Numbered from the stretch's first letter, positions 37,316 to 47,653 are shown. The stretch is DNA of 64,000 nt from Clostridiales bacterium (GCA_012520395.1 JAAYOL010000016.1:517-64516), one strand, 5' to 3'. Numbers and translations: made by a program. Notes: a model not told the origin generated them from the letters alone.

Positions 37316-38530
37316 ATGAAGAAACGCAGAATGTTTGTAACCGTTATTGCCCTAGTACTGGCGCTGATAATTTTAGTGCCGATACTCGCGGTAATACTAA
37401 CGCCCTTAGACGCAAAAGCGGTGTCGGAAAGTGAACTCTATCAGCTCCAGCAGCAGCAGGCGCTTTTAGAGCAGCAGCAGAAGGACATACAAGCAAAGCT
37501 GGACTCCAACGAATATGAGAGGGCAGCGATACTTGAGCAGAAGGTGATGTTGGACAGGCAGGTAGAGTTGACCCGGCAGGAGATAGAGAACTTAAACGAC
37601 CAGATAGCTACATACGAAGACCTCATAGATATAAAAGAGCAGGAATATCAGGCGGCGCGCGAGGATGAGGAAAGCCAGCGCGAGCTCTTTAAAAAGCGCG
37701 TAAGGGCCATGGAGGAAAACGGAGATATTTCGTATCTTGCGGTTTTGTTCAGCGCAAAGGACTTCGGCGACCTGCTCAGCCGGCTGGATTTTATATCCGA
37801 GATTATGGAGAGCGATGAGAAGGTTATAAAATCCTATAAGGATGCACAGGCTACTGCCGAAAGAAAAAAGAATGAGCTGGAGGGAGTTAAAAATGAGCTG
37901 GTAGAAGCTCGCTCATTGCAGGAGACCAAGGCCATTAGCCTTGACGGCCAGGTAAGCAAGGCCATTTCTCTCATAGCTGATTTGGAAAAAAATATTGATT
38001 CCTATACCAGGGCGATGGATGAATATGAGGCTGCCGAGCAAGAGCTTGCCCAAAAGATTCTTGAGATGACCAGAGAACTTGAGAGACAGCGCCAGCAGGG
38101 GAACGATCAGGTTGGCGCAACCGGACGCTACATATGGCCTTCAAGAAGCAGCAAATACGTCACCTCCCCATATGGCATGAGAGAGGATCCGATTGTATAT
38201 ACTTGGCGTATGCATAATGGAATCGATATAGGAGCAAGCTACGGTACAGATATTTTGGCAGCCGACGGCGGCGAGGTAGTTACCGCGACCTACAGCTCGT
38301 CCTACGGCTACTATGTAATGCTCTACCACGGTGATGACAGATATACCCTGTACGCCCATATGAGCGAGATTTGGGTTGATGTCGGGCAAAGCGTGTATCA
38401 GGGAGAAGTAATCGGGCTTGTCGGCTCCACGGGCTATTCCACAGGACCCCATATTCATTATGAAATTATGGAAAACGGCTCCCGAATAGATCCGCTTCAG
38501 TTCTATGACGATTACATCCCTTGGTGGTGA
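37316..38530 (+). CDS. Coiled-coil M23 peptidase (EnvC/PcsB-type murein hydrolase or hydrolase activator)
   Basis: Signal/TM segment, about 230 aa of Gln/Glu-rich coiled coil, then a C-terminal LytM domain (HNGIDIGASYGT, GSTGYSTGPHIHYE). Confidence 0.88.
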   Translation: MKKRRMFVTVIALVLALIILVPILAVILTPLDAKAVSESELYQLQQQQALLEQQQKDIQAKLDSNEYERAAILEQKVMLDRQVELTRQEIENLNDQIATYEDLIDIKEQEYQAAREDEESQRELFKKRVRAMEENGDISYLAVLFSAKDFGDLLSRLDFISEIMESDEKVIKSYKDAQATAERKKNELEGVKNELVEARSLQETKAISLDGQVSKAISLIADLEKNIDSYTRAMDEYEAAEQELAQKILEMTRELERQRQQGNDQVGATGRYIWPSRSSKYVTSPYGMREDPIVYTWRMHNGIDIGASYGTDILAADGGEVVTATYSSSYGYYVMLYHGDDRYTLYAHMSEIWVDVGQSVYQGEVIGLVGSTGYSTGPHIHYEIMENGSRIDPLQFYDDYIPWW

Positions 38531-38565
38531 TACAGCTTGTTAAAATATTATACTAACTCTCTGCC

Positions 38566-38595
38566 GCCTTTGCGGCAGAGAGTTTTGTGAAATAT
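38566..38595 (+). terminator. Rho-independent terminator after the ftsEX-M23 unit
   Basis: CTCTCTGCCGC-CTTT-GCGGCAGAGAG followed by TTTT. Confidence 0.85.
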
Positions 38596-38621
38596 ATTTC
38601 AGCCTATCGACGCTGTCGCAC

Positions 38622-38650
38622 TTGACAGACTATTCCAAAGTCATTATAAT
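38622..38650 (+). promoter_or_regulatory. Consensus sigma-A promoter for greA-lysS (TTGACA-17-TATAAT)
   Basis: TTGACA 38622-38627, exact 17-nt spacer, TATAAT 38645-38650. Confidence 0.65.
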
Positions 38651-38710
38651 ACCGAAATACGAAGTACAATATTGCTTCTTATACAATATACGCAAAAAGG
38701 AAATTGTATC

Positions 38711-38738
38711 GCGACGCCGCCCGTCCCGGGCGGCGCGC
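38711..38738 (+). promoter_or_regulatory. GC-rich hairpin inside the greA leader (candidate attenuator)
   Basis: GCG-A-CGCCGCCCG-TCC-CGGGCGGCG-CGC: 9 bp plus 3 bp with one bulged A, followed by TCAAATTATTT. Confidence 0.4.
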
Positions 38739-38836
38739 TCAAATTATTTAGGCCGCGGCTTCAAAGACGCCTAATGGCTGTATTTGTAAACAAGGAAGGA
38801 TTTTATTATATAATCCTATTTGAAAGGGTGAGAAGT

Positions 38837-39313
38837 GTGGCAAGAGAGGCCAAGTTTAAAATGAGCGCTGAGCGCTATGAACAAATCAAGCAGGAGCTTG
38901 AGTACCTCCAGACGGTCAGAGAAAAGGAAGTGGCGGAGCAGATTCGCGAGGCACGCAGCTTTGGAGACCTGTCTGAGAACAGCGAGTATGACGAAGCCAA
39001 AATTGAACAGGGAAAGCTGTATTCCAAGATTGCCGAGCTAAATAATCTTATTGAAAATGCAGAGATTATAGAAGATATAACGGATACTGGCAAAATCGTA
39101 ATGGGAAGTGCCATTACTGTGCTGGATCTCGATTTAAACGAGGAGCAGGTCTACAGGATTGTAGGTTCCCAGGAAGCAAACCCGATGGAAGGTAAAATTT
39201 CCGATGAGTCCCCCTTCGGAGCAGCACTATTAGGCTGTAAAAAAGGCGATAGAGTGAGGGTGGATGCGCCTTCCGGGACGCTTAATTTTGAGATTTTAGA
39301 AATAAATAAGTAA
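38837..39313 (+). CDS. greA: Transcription elongation factor GreA
   Basis: [12 protein letters not shown]...[19 protein letters not shown] is canonical GreA. GTG 38837 (158 aa, SD AAAGGGTG 6 nt upstream) is preferred; ATG 38861 is an alternative. Confidence 0.9.
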   Translation: MAREAKFKMSAERYEQIKQELEYLQTVREKEVAEQIREARSFGDLSENSEYDEAKIEQGKLYSKIAELNNLIENAEIIEDITDTGKIVMGSAITVLDLDLNEEQVYRIVGSQEANPMEGKISDESPFGAALLGCKKGDRVRVDAPSGTLNFEILEINK

Positions 39314-39339
39314 AAATTTTACGGTTAGGAGGGCTCCTG

Positions 39340-40842
39340 ATGGCAGAGGAAAATATCATGGATGCTCAGCAAGCAGAAGAGAATCTGTCCGAGATATTGC
39401 AGATAAGAAGAGACAAGCTGAAGAAGCTGCAGGATGAGGGCAGCGACCCTTTCTCAATAACAAAATACGAACGTACCGCCTATTCCGCCGATATTAAGGA
39501 CAATTTCGACTCCATGGAAAATCAGACGGTATCGCTGGCCGGGCGCATTATGTCAAAGCGAGATATGGGCAGGGCCTTTTTCTGCGACCTGCAGGATCCA
39601 AAGGGACGCATACAGCTCTATGTAACGGTCGGTGACCTTGGTGAAGCCAGATACGCGGAATTTAAAAAGTGGGACATAGGCGATATTGTAGGTACGCAGG
39701 GCGTGGTTTTCCGTACTCGCAGAGGCGAGATTTCAGTTCATACGAAGTCCATTACTCTCCTTGCCAAGTCCCTTCAGCCCTTGCCGGAAAAATTCCACGG
39801 CCTCACAAATCAGGAGCTTAGATACCGCCAGAGATATGTCGACCTGATAATGAACCCGGATGTCAAGCGCAACTTTGTGATACGCAGTAAGTTTATAAAA
39901 TATGTCAGAGACTTCCTCGATAACCTAGGATATATCGAGGTTGAGACACCTGTGCTCAATACAATAAGCGGCGGCGCTACCGCGAGACCCTTTATCACCC
40001 ACCACAACACACTCAATCTTGATATGTATATGCGCATAGCTACCGAGCTTCATCTCAAGCGCCTTATAGTCGGGGGAATGGAGCGCGTCTACGAGATCGG
40101 GCGCATTTTCAGAAATGAGGGCATGAGTACAAAGCACAACCCTGAGTTTACCACCGTAGAGCTTTATCAGGCCTATGCCGATTATAACGACATGATGGAT
40201 TTGTTTGAAAATCTTCTGTCCTCGGCTGCTAAGGACATACTTGGAACATACGAGCTTGAGTGGTTGGGGAATAAAATAGACCTGACTCCCGGCTGGCCGC
40301 GCATTACGATGGCGGAGGCTGTCAGGGAGCACACGGGCGTTGACTTCATGTCCCTTACCACAGATGAACAGGCGCTGGAGGCCGCCAAGACCCTTAATAT
40401 TGAGCTGCCCAAGGAAAAGACCTGGGGCAATCTCCTTTACGAGTGCTTTGATCAGCTTGTTGAGTCCAAGCTCATACAGCCGACATTTATCATAGATCAC
40501 CCCGTAGAGGTATCGCCGCTCGCCAAAAAAAGCCCCAAGGATCCGAGAGTTACGGAGCGCTTTGAGCTGTTTATCTGCAAGAGTGAGATGGGCAATGCTT
40601 TTTCCGAGCTTAACGACCCCATTGACCAGAGGCAGCGTTTCCGCCGTCAGGCTGAACTCAGGGCGGCAGGAGACGAGGAGGCGGGCATGATGGACGAGGA
40701 TTATATTAACGCTCTTGAATACGGCATGCCCCCCACGGGCGGTCTTGGAATAGGAATCGACCGTGTGGTGATGTTGCTTACCAACAGTGACTCAATAAGG
40801 GATGTAATTCTGTTCCCGACGATGAAGCCTTTGGAGGATTAG
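39340..40842 (+). CDS. lysS: Lysyl-tRNA synthetase (class II)
   Basis: 500 aa with an OB-fold N-domain. RIFRNEG and [12 protein letters not shown] motifs. greA-lysS linkage matches other Firmicutes. Confidence 0.96.
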   Translation: MAEENIMDAQQAEENLSEILQIRRDKLKKLQDEGSDPFSITKYERTAYSADIKDNFDSMENQTVSLAGRIMSKRDMGRAFFCDLQDPKGRIQLYVTVGDLGEARYAEFKKWDIGDIVGTQGVVFRTRRGEISVHTKSITLLAKSLQPLPEKFHGLTNQELRYRQRYVDLIMNPDVKRNFVIRSKFIKYVRDFLDNLGYIEVETPVLNTISGGATARPFITHHNTLNLDMYMRIATELHLKRLIVGGMERVYEIGRIFRNEGMSTKHNPEFTTVELYQAYADYNDMMDLFENLLSSAAKDILGTYELEWLGNKIDLTPGWPRITMAEAVREHTGVDFMSLTTDEQALEAAKTLNIELPKEKTWGNLLYECFDQLVESKLIQPTFIIDHPVEVSPLAKKSPKDPRVTERFELFICKSEMGNAFSELNDPIDQRQRFRRQAELRAAGDEEAGMMDEDYINALEYGMPPTGGLGIGIDRVVMLLTNSDSIRDVILFPTMKPLED

Positions 40843-40916
40843 TTGTTGCGGGTCGCGGGGTATTCGGGTGCGGCAGACATCAGAACCATGCGCTGCAACT
40901 GAATATTTACAGAAGT

Positions 40917-40967
40917 GAGCCGCAGACGAAACATCAGTGTTTTTCCGTGCTGCGGCTCTTCGGGTTT
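40917..40967 (+). terminator. Long hairpin terminator after lysS
   Basis: GAGCCGCAG...(inner GAAACA-TCAG-TGTTTT)...CTGCGGCTC followed by TTCGGGTTT. Confidence 0.6.
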
Positions 40968-40989
40968 AGCCTAGGGGGTTAGATTTGAT

Positions 40990-41736
40990 GTGGAAACTCT
41001 GACAAGCAGGAGGAACGCCCTGCTGGTGCATATGAAAAAGCTGGGAGCAGACAGAGCGTACCGATACGAGCACGGTGAATACCTCTGTCAGGGATTAAAG
41101 CTGTATCACGAGGCGATTAAATGGTCTGCCCCGATTAGGGCTGTGCTGTTTTCAGGCGAAGAGCCGGAGGTGCCGTCAGGCATCCGCTGTGCCAGGGTGC
41201 CGAAGGATATACTTGAGAGCGTAGCCCCCATGAAGAGCGCCCCGGAAATTGTCTTTTCCTGCAGTATGCCGAAACAGGATGACATAATATCACATGGGCG
41301 CCATATCATACTGGAAAACCTTCAGGACCCCGGAAACGTCGGCACAATAATCAGGACAGCAAACGCCTTTATGTTTGACAGCGTTATCCTGACAGGCCTT
41401 GCTGCGGACCCATATAATCCCAAGGCGGTGCGCGCCTCAATGGGTGCCATATTCAGGCAGAAGGTTGTCCAATTGGCGACAGATGAGCTACTCCTCGCGC
41501 TCAGGCAGGCCGACATACCGCTTTACTCAACGGCCCTTGATGGATACTGTCTTAACCTGACGGAGCTGTCCAAGGAAGGCTCTATCGCCATAGCGATAGG
41601 AAACGAGGGGCAGGGCCTGAGCACCGCGCTTTTAGGCGCGTCAGATAAAAGGCTGAAGATACCGATGAACCCTGCCTGTGAATCCTTGAACGCAGCCGCG
41701 GCTGCCACGGTTATAATGTGGGAGCTATACAGATAG
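40990..41736 (+). CDS. TrmH/SpoU-family RNA 2'-O-methyltransferase
   Basis: ENLQDPGNVGTIIRTANAF, IAIGNEGQGLS and ESLNAAAAATVIMWE motifs. GTG start. Confidence 0.85.
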   Translation: METLTSRRNALLVHMKKLGADRAYRYEHGEYLCQGLKLYHEAIKWSAPIRAVLFSGEEPEVPSGIRCARVPKDILESVAPMKSAPEIVFSCSMPKQDDIISHGRHIILENLQDPGNVGTIIRTANAFMFDSVILTGLAADPYNPKAVRASMGAIFRQKVVQLATDELLLALRQADIPLYSTALDGYCLNLTELSKEGSIAIAIGNEGQGLSTALLGASDKRLKIPMNPACESLNAAAAATVIMWELYR

Positions 41737-41752
41737 ATAGGAGGGATGCGTC

Positions 41753-42994
41753 ATGTCCGTGCTCAAATACTGGCTATGGCTTTCGACTCTGCATGGGATT
41801 GGCCCGAGAACCGCAAAGAAGCTAATTGATTATTTCGGGAGTCCCAAAGACATATATTTTGCGAGAGAAAAGCACTATGCTGCGGCGGGCATTTCTGAAA
41901 AGGCCGAACTCAAAGCGCTCGAAGACAAAAATCTTGATAGGGCATCAAGAATCTGGCGCGATTGCGACGAGCTGGATATCAGGCTACTCACCATACAGGA
42001 CGCAGAATATCCACAGCGCCTACTTAATATTTATGACCCTCCGACTGTGCTGTATATAAAGGGACGACTGCCAGTCATAGACGAGGAGGTGGTAGTCGCC
42101 ATGGTTGGCACAAGAGGTGCCACCCCCTATGGACTACGGGTAACTGAGCGCCTTGCCTACGAGGTTACGAAAGGCGGGGGACTGATAGTGTCGGGACTGG
42201 CAGAGGGTATTGACACAGTAGCGATTTTGGGCGCTCTGCGCGCCGGCGGAAAGCCCCTGGCCGTTCTCGGCACCGGGATTGATGTTTATTATCCGCCTAA
42301 AAACAAACTCCTGCAGGATGATGTCGCTCAGACGGGCGCGCTTATCAGCGAGTATCCACCGGGAACTCTTCCCGCTAGAAGCAATTTTCCGGCCAGAAAC
42401 CGTATTATTAGCGGCGTATCGGTGGGTGTGACAATAATTGAGGCCCCGGCAAAGAGCGGGGCACTGATTACAGCGTCTAGGGCGATGGAGCAGGGCCGGG
42501 ATGTGTTTGTGGTTCCGGGAAACATAGATTCACCCGCCTGTCAAGGTTCAAACGCCCTTCTAAAGGAAAATTGCGCTTTGGCGGTGACCTCCGGGCGTGA
42601 TATACTCCGCGAATACGATGCCGCATATCCGCAGAAATTAATAGCCAACACCGAAGATTTAATGACTGTTTCCGCCGCGGGGCAGTTAAAAAATCCTGAA
42701 AATACCGCCACAGCCGTTCCTCTTTCGCAGGAATCGACAGAAAAAGTGGTTGACAAGACCGATGAGCTGGAATATATTGACTTAAAAGAACAGCTTGAGA
42801 ACTTAAGCGAGGACGAGCTGTCCGTGGTTTCCGTTATGAGCTCGCGGGAAATGCATATAGACGACATAATAGACTTGAGCCAGTGTGAGCCGAGCCGGGT
42901 TCTTTCGGCCTTGACGGCGCTGGAGCTCAAGGGCTATGCAGTTTCGGGAAAGGGAAGGCGCTATTCTCTTATCATCTCGAAAGATAAAAAGTGA
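41753..42994 (+). CDS. dprA: DNA-processing protein DprA (Smf)
   Basis: SAM-like N-domain, a Rossmann core (VGTRGATPYG, GLAEGIDT, PARNRIISG) and a C-terminal winged-helix-like domain. 413 aa. Confidence 0.9.
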   Translation: MSVLKYWLWLSTLHGIGPRTAKKLIDYFGSPKDIYFAREKHYAAAGISEKAELKALEDKNLDRASRIWRDCDELDIRLLTIQDAEYPQRLLNIYDPPTVLYIKGRLPVIDEEVVVAMVGTRGATPYGLRVTERLAYEVTKGGGLIVSGLAEGIDTVAILGALRAGGKPLAVLGTGIDVYYPPKNKLLQDDVAQTGALISEYPPGTLPARSNFPARNRIISGVSVGVTIIEAPAKSGALITASRAMEQGRDVFVVPGNIDSPACQGSNALLKENCALAVTSGRDILREYDAAYPQKLIANTEDLMTVSAAGQLKNPENTATAVPLSQESTEKVVDKTDELEYIDLKEQLENLSEDELSVVSVMSSREMHIDDIIDLSQCEPSRVLSALTALELKGYAVSGKGRRYSLIISKDKK

Positions 42995-43019
42995 TTGTAA
43001 GAAATGAGGACATCCATCT

Positions 43020-45227
43020 ATGCCAAAAACCAACCTGGTAATAGTTGAATCGCCTGCAAAGGCAAGGACAATAGAAAAGTATCTGGGCAGCGATTTTAAG
43101 GTGACCGCTTCGGTAGGACACCTGCGCGATTTGCCGAAGAGCAAGCTCGGCGTTGATATAGAAAATGGATTTATTCCCGATTACAGGCCGATAAAAGGCC
43201 GTGAGGATACGATAGAACAGCTCTTGAAGGAGGCCAAAAAAAGCGAAAGGGTCTATCTCGCAACCGACCCCGATAGGGAGGGCGAGGCTATTTCGTGGCA
43301 TCTCAAGGAGCTTTTGAATTTAAGCGACGAAAAGGCTCTGCGTGTGACCTTCAATGAGATAACCAAAAAGGTTGTGAATGAGAGCATAAAAAATCCCCGT
43401 CCGATTGATACAGACCTTGTGGACGCACAGCAGGCACGACGCATATTGGACCGAATCGTGGGCTATAAGATAAGTCCCCTTTTATGGCGCAAGATAAAGC
43501 GCGGCCTGTCCGCGGGAAGGGTGCAGTCCGTCGCTACGCGCATGGTCGTTGATCGTGAGGAGGAGATAAGGGCCTTTGTACCCGAGGAATACTGGACGCT
43601 CTCAGCCGAGCTAATGACCAAGGCTGGCGAATTTACCGCCCGTTTTCACGGAAAAGGAGAGAAAAAGCAAGAGCTTCGCAGTGAAGACGAGGTAAATGAG
43701 GTCATAAACGCTGTTAAAAGCGAGAACTTTGTAATAAAAAACGTAAAGCGCGTGGATAGACCGAAATCCCCCGCGCCCCCCTTTATCACATCAACGCTCC
43801 AGCAGGAGGCTTCGCGCAGGCTTGGCATGACACCGAGACGTACCATGTCGATTGCCCAGCAGCTGTACGAGGGAGTGGATATCGCGGGAGAGGGTACCGT
43901 GGGTCTTATAACCTATATGAGAACCGACTCACTACGTATCTCTGACGAGGCTATGAACGCAGCCCGTGAGTTTATTACATCTCGCTACGGAAAAGACTAC
44001 TATCCTCCGCAGCCGCGCAGGTTTAAAACCAAGGGTTCGGCCCAGGATGCCCATGAGGCGATACGCCCGAGCAACGTCGGCATGACCCCCGACAGCATAA
44101 AAAAAGATTTAACAAGCGATCAGTATAAGCTATATCGCCTTATCTGGAGTAGGTTTGTCGCCTCGCAGATGGCAAACGCCGTCTATGACAGCATTTCAAT
44201 AGATGCAGTGTCAGCTGGATATACGTTTAAGGCCACCCATTCCAAGATAAAATTTGAGGGATATACGGCGGTTTATGAGGAAGGCCGCGACGATGAAAAG
44301 GAAGAAAAAGAATCGCCTCTGCCCGAGCTTACTGAGGGACAGACGGCAGAGCTCAAGGATATGCTCAAGGAACAGAAGTTCACCCAGCCGCCCTCAAGGT
44401 ACACCGAGGCCACTCTGATACGGGCAATGGAGGAAAAGGGCATAGGCCGTCCCTCAACCTATGCGCCGATACTCTCAACCATTACGAGCAGGGAGTACGT
44501 CCTGCGGGAGGGGAAGTATATACGCCCCACCCCGCTGGGAGAGGTTGTCACCGGCCTTATGAAGGATAAGTTCTCAGACATAGTGGATCTAAAGTTCACA
44601 GCCCGCATGGAGGACAGCCTCGACCTGATTGAGGAGGGCAAAATCGGCTGGCAATCGGTCCTTTCCGAGTTCTACGAGGGCTTCAAAGATACGATAGATG
44701 AGGCCGAAAAGTCGCTTGAGGGCGAGAGAATTAAAATACCTGACGAGGTTTCTGACGAAATCTGTGATAAATGCGGAAAGAATATGGTCGTAAAATCGGG
44801 CCGCTTTGGGCGTTTTCTCGCCTGTCCGGGCTATCCCGAATGTAATAACACCAAGCCGATAGTTATTGAGATGCCCGGTCGCTGCCCGAAGTGCGGCTCC
44901 AGAATACTCAAGCGTAGCTCTAAACGCGGCTTTGCCTATTACGCCTGCGAAAAGGGTCAGGAATGTGGCTTTATGACCTGGGATGTGCCCGTCAAGGACG
45001 ACTGCCCTGAATGTGGCCAGACTATGTTCAAAAAGTCCGGCAGGGGCTTTAAAAAGCCCTTCTGCATCAATGAATCCTGCTCGAAATTCGTACCCGAGGA
45101 TAAGCGGGGCGGATACAGGAAGGCTGCGGCAAAGGCTGAACAGTCGCCGGAGTCGAAAACGGAAGAAAAGCCGGCTAAAACCCGGAAAGCTACATCAAAA
45201 ACCGCGACAAAAAAGGATAAGAAATGA
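43020..45227 (+). CDS. topA: DNA topoisomerase I
   Basis: VIVESPAKARTIEKYLG Toprim domain, YMRTDS active-site Tyr, three C4 zinc ribbons and a Lys-rich tail. Confidence 0.98.
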   Translation: MPKTNLVIVESPAKARTIEKYLGSDFKVTASVGHLRDLPKSKLGVDIENGFIPDYRPIKGREDTIEQLLKEAKKSERVYLATDPDREGEAISWHLKELLNLSDEKALRVTFNEITKKVVNESIKNPRPIDTDLVDAQQARRILDRIVGYKISPLLWRKIKRGLSAGRVQSVATRMVVDREEEIRAFVPEEYWTLSAELMTKAGEFTARFHGKGEKKQELRSEDEVNEVINAVKSENFVIKNVKRVDRPKSPAPPFITSTLQQEASRRLGMTPRRTMSIAQQLYEGVDIAGEGTVGLITYMRTDSLRISDEAMNAAREFITSRYGKDYYPPQPRRFKTKGSAQDAHEAIRPSNVGMTPDSIKKDLTSDQYKLYRLIWSRFVASQMANAVYDSISIDAVSAGYTFKATHSKIKFEGYTAVYEEGRDDEKEEKESPLPELTEGQTAELKDMLKEQKFTQPPSRYTEATLIRAMEEKGIGRPSTYAPILSTITSREYVLREGKYIRPTPLGEVVTGLMKDKFSDIVDLKFTARMEDSLDLIEEGKIGWQSVLSEFYEGFKDTIDEAEKSLEGERIKIPDEVSDEICDKCGKNMVVKSGRFGRFLACPGYPECNNTKPIVIEMPGRCPKCGSRILKRSSKRGFAYYACEKGQECGFMTWDVPVKDDCPECGQTMFKKSGRGFKKPFCINESCSKFVPEDKRGGYRKAAAKAEQSPESKTEEKPAKTRKATSKTATKKDKK

Positions 45228-46567
45228 TTCAAGTTACAGTTGTGGGAGCGGGACTAGCCGGCTGTGAGGCCGCCTGGCAGCTTGCCAACAAAGGAATAAA
45301 GGTCAGGCTCATAGAGATGAAGCCTCACAAGATGACACCCGCGCATGTCAGCGCGGACTTTTCCGAACTCGTCTGCTCAAACTCTTTGAGAAGCAACGAT
45401 CTGACCAATGCCGTGGGGCTTCTGAAGGAGGAGATGCGTAGGCTTAGTTCCGTCATAATGGAGTGTGCCGATGCAACGCGTGTAGAGGCGGGCGGCGCGC
45501 TGGCTGTTGACAGGACAGGCTTTGCTGCCATGGTTACGGACAAGATAAGGAAGCATCCCAACATAGAAATAGATCAGCGCGAGGCGAGGGAAATCCCAGA
45601 GGGCATAGTGATAATAGCCAGCGGCCCTCTGACCTCCGACGCTCTTTCGAAAAGCATAAACGAGCTTTTTCCCTCCGAGGAATACCTCAATTTCTTTGAC
45701 GCTGCGGCACCCATAGTCACGATGGAGAGCATAGACATGGACAGCGCTTTCTTTGCCTCCAGATACGACAAGGGCACGCCGGACTATATAAACTGCCCTA
45801 TGACAAGGGAGGAGTATCAAAGCTTCTGGAAGGAGCTTATAAGCGCCAGACAAGCGCAGTTGCACGGCTTCGACGACGCCGGCGTTTTTGAGGGCTGTAT
45901 GCCCGTGGAGGTCATGGCGCGAAGGGGAGAGGACACGCTGCGCTACGGCCCCTTAAAGCCTGTCGGTTTGAGAAACCCGAAGACCGGTAAGGAGTCCTAT
46001 GCTATTGTGCAGCTCCGGCGCGACAACGCCGAAGGGAGCCTGTATAATTTAGTCGGATTTCAGACGAATCTGGCCTTTCCCGAGCAAAGGCGGGTCTTTT
46101 CGATGATACCGGCGCTAAAAAACGCGGAATTTGTCCGCTACGGAGTTATGCATCGCAATACCTATATCAACTCTCCGAAGCTATTGGATAGGTATTACAG
46201 GCTGCGGCAAGACAGCCGCATACGCTTTGCAGGACAGATAACGGGTGTCGAAGGATATGTTGAATCCTCGGCCTCAGGCCTCCTGTGCGGGCTTGAAACA
46301 GCTCTGGAGCTCCTCGGCCTTCCGCCGGCAGACTTCCCCGGGGAAACGGCGATTGGGGCGCTGGCGCAGTATATAAGCAACGAGACTGTTGTGGAGTTCC
46401 AGCCAATGAATGTGAATTTCGGAATCATCGCTCCCCTTGGTTACAAGGTGAAGGGCAAGAGAAACAAAAACTTGGAAATATCCAGGCGCTCGCTGAAAAT
46501 TATTGACGGCCTGGCCTCAGAATTTGGCATCGTCAAGGAGGGAGATCAAGTTGAAGGTAATAGTTGA
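45224..46567 (+). CDS. trmFO: Methylenetetrahydrofolate--tRNA-(uracil54-C5)-methyltransferase TrmFO (Gid)
   Basis: VVGAGLAGCEAAWQLA FAD fold. 447 aa. Lies directly after topA, as in B. subtilis. Confidence 0.94.
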   Translation: MIQVTVVGAGLAGCEAAWQLANKGIKVRLIEMKPHKMTPAHVSADFSELVCSNSLRSNDLTNAVGLLKEEMRRLSSVIMECADATRVEAGGALAVDRTGFAAMVTDKIRKHPNIEIDQREAREIPEGIVIIASGPLTSDALSKSINELFPSEEYLNFFDAAAPIVTMESIDMDSAFFASRYDKGTPDYINCPMTREEYQSFWKELISARQAQLHGFDDAGVFEGCMPVEVMARRGEDTLRYGPLKPVGLRNPKTGKESYAIVQLRRDNAEGSLYNLVGFQTNLAFPEQRRVFSMIPALKNAEFVRYGVMHRNTYINSPKLLDRYYRLRQDSRIRFAGQITGVEGYVESSASGLLCGLETALELLGLPPADFPGETAIGALAQYISNETVVEFQPMNVNFGIIAPLGYKVKGKRNKNLEISRRSLKIIDGLASEFGIVKEGDQVEGNS

Positions 46568-47573
46568 CGCGATGGGCGGGGACTTTGCCCCGCGGGAAGC
46601 AGTCCTGGGCGCAATTTGGGCGGCCCGTGAGCACAAAATTGAAATCACACTCGTCGGGCGCGGTGAAGAAATTCTGGCCTGTCTCGAGGAATGGGGCATA
46701 AAGTCACTGCCCAAGGGCATAGAAATTGCATATGCCTCTGAGGTTGTAGACATGGAGGATGACCCTTCTACGGTCATCAGGACAAAAAAGGACTCGTCCA
46801 TGTCAGTTGCCCTCAATCTCCTTAAGGAAGGAAAGGGCGACGCGCTTGTGTCCGCCGGCAGCACTGGCGCACTTCTATCGGGGGCAACTCTGATTGTAAA
46901 ACGCATAAGGGGCGTACGCCGAGCCGCCCTTGCGCCGCTTCTGCCTACCAATAATGGCGGCTGTCTGCTTATCGACTGCGGAGCCAACGTGGAGTGCACC
47001 CCGGAATATCTCCTTCAGTTTGCCTATATGGGCTCCTGCTATGTGGCCAATGTGCTCAAAAAGCCGGGACCGAGGGTAGGGCTTCTGAACATAGGCTCTG
47101 AGCCCGGAAAGGGCGGGGAACTGCAACGGGAGGCCTATCGCCTGCTCTCCGAGCAAAAGGAAAAGGACCGCCTGAATTTTATCGGGAACATTGAGGCGCG
47201 CGACGTGCTCGAAGGAGTTGCCGACGTAGTTGTCTGCGATGGCTTTACGGGTAATATTCTGCTCAAATCCATTGAGGGCACCGCCAAATTTATAGTAGAT
47301 GGCTTTAAGGATATTTTCCTACAAAGTGTACTTACAAAGCTCGCAGCCGCGATTATAAAAAATCCCGTTAGGGAATTTAAGAAGAGACTGGATTACACGG
47401 AGGTCGGGGGCACATTGTTTTTGGGCGTGTCCAAGCCTGTAATTAAGGCGCACGGCTCGTCTAACGCCAATGCCTTTGCAAACGCGATAAGGCAGGCGGC
47501 GCAAATCGCGTCCGCCGGCATAATAGAGGATATTCAGGATAAAATGTGGGATATAAAAACCGGGGAGGAATAA
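46551..47573 (+). CDS. plsX: Phosphate acyltransferase PlsX
   Basis: KVIVDAMGGDFAP N-terminus. TTG 46551 lies 8 nt after AGGAGGGA; the longer ORF-track start at 46503 adds a non-homologous extension. Confidence 0.92.
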   Translation: MKVIVDAMGGDFAPREAVLGAIWAAREHKIEITLVGRGEEILACLEEWGIKSLPKGIEIAYASEVVDMEDDPSTVIRTKKDSSMSVALNLLKEGKGDALVSAGSTGALLSGATLIVKRIRGVRRAALAPLLPTNNGGCLLIDCGANVECTPEYLLQFAYMGSCYVANVLKKPGPRVGLLNIGSEPGKGGELQREAYRLLSEQKEKDRLNFIGNIEARDVLEGVADVVVCDGFTGNILLKSIEGTAKFIVDGFKDIFLQSVLTKLAAAIIKNPVREFKKRLDYTEVGGTLFLGVSKPVIKAHGSSNANAFANAIRQAAQIASAGIIEDIQDKMWDIKTGEE

Positions 47574-47603
47574 AAATAATTCATAAGAATTGGGAAGAAA
47601 TCA

Positions 47604-47632
47604 GTTGACAAAAACATAAGACGTGAATATCA
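47604..47632 (+). promoter_or_regulatory. Sigma-A-like promoter for acpP (TTGACA-17-TATCAT)
   Basis: TTGACA 47604-47609, 17-nt spacer, TATCAT 47627-47632. Confidence 0.5.
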
Positions 47633-47653
47633 TTTCCTGTAGAGGTGATTTAG

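Noticed and set aside
38672-38836. N-terminal extension of GreA by 55 aa, as in ORF-track start 38672.
   Set aside because: The extension has no GreA similarity, starts inside the predicted 5' leader just after the promoter, and spans a GC-rich hairpin. GTG 38837 with a good SD gives a standard 158-aa GreA.
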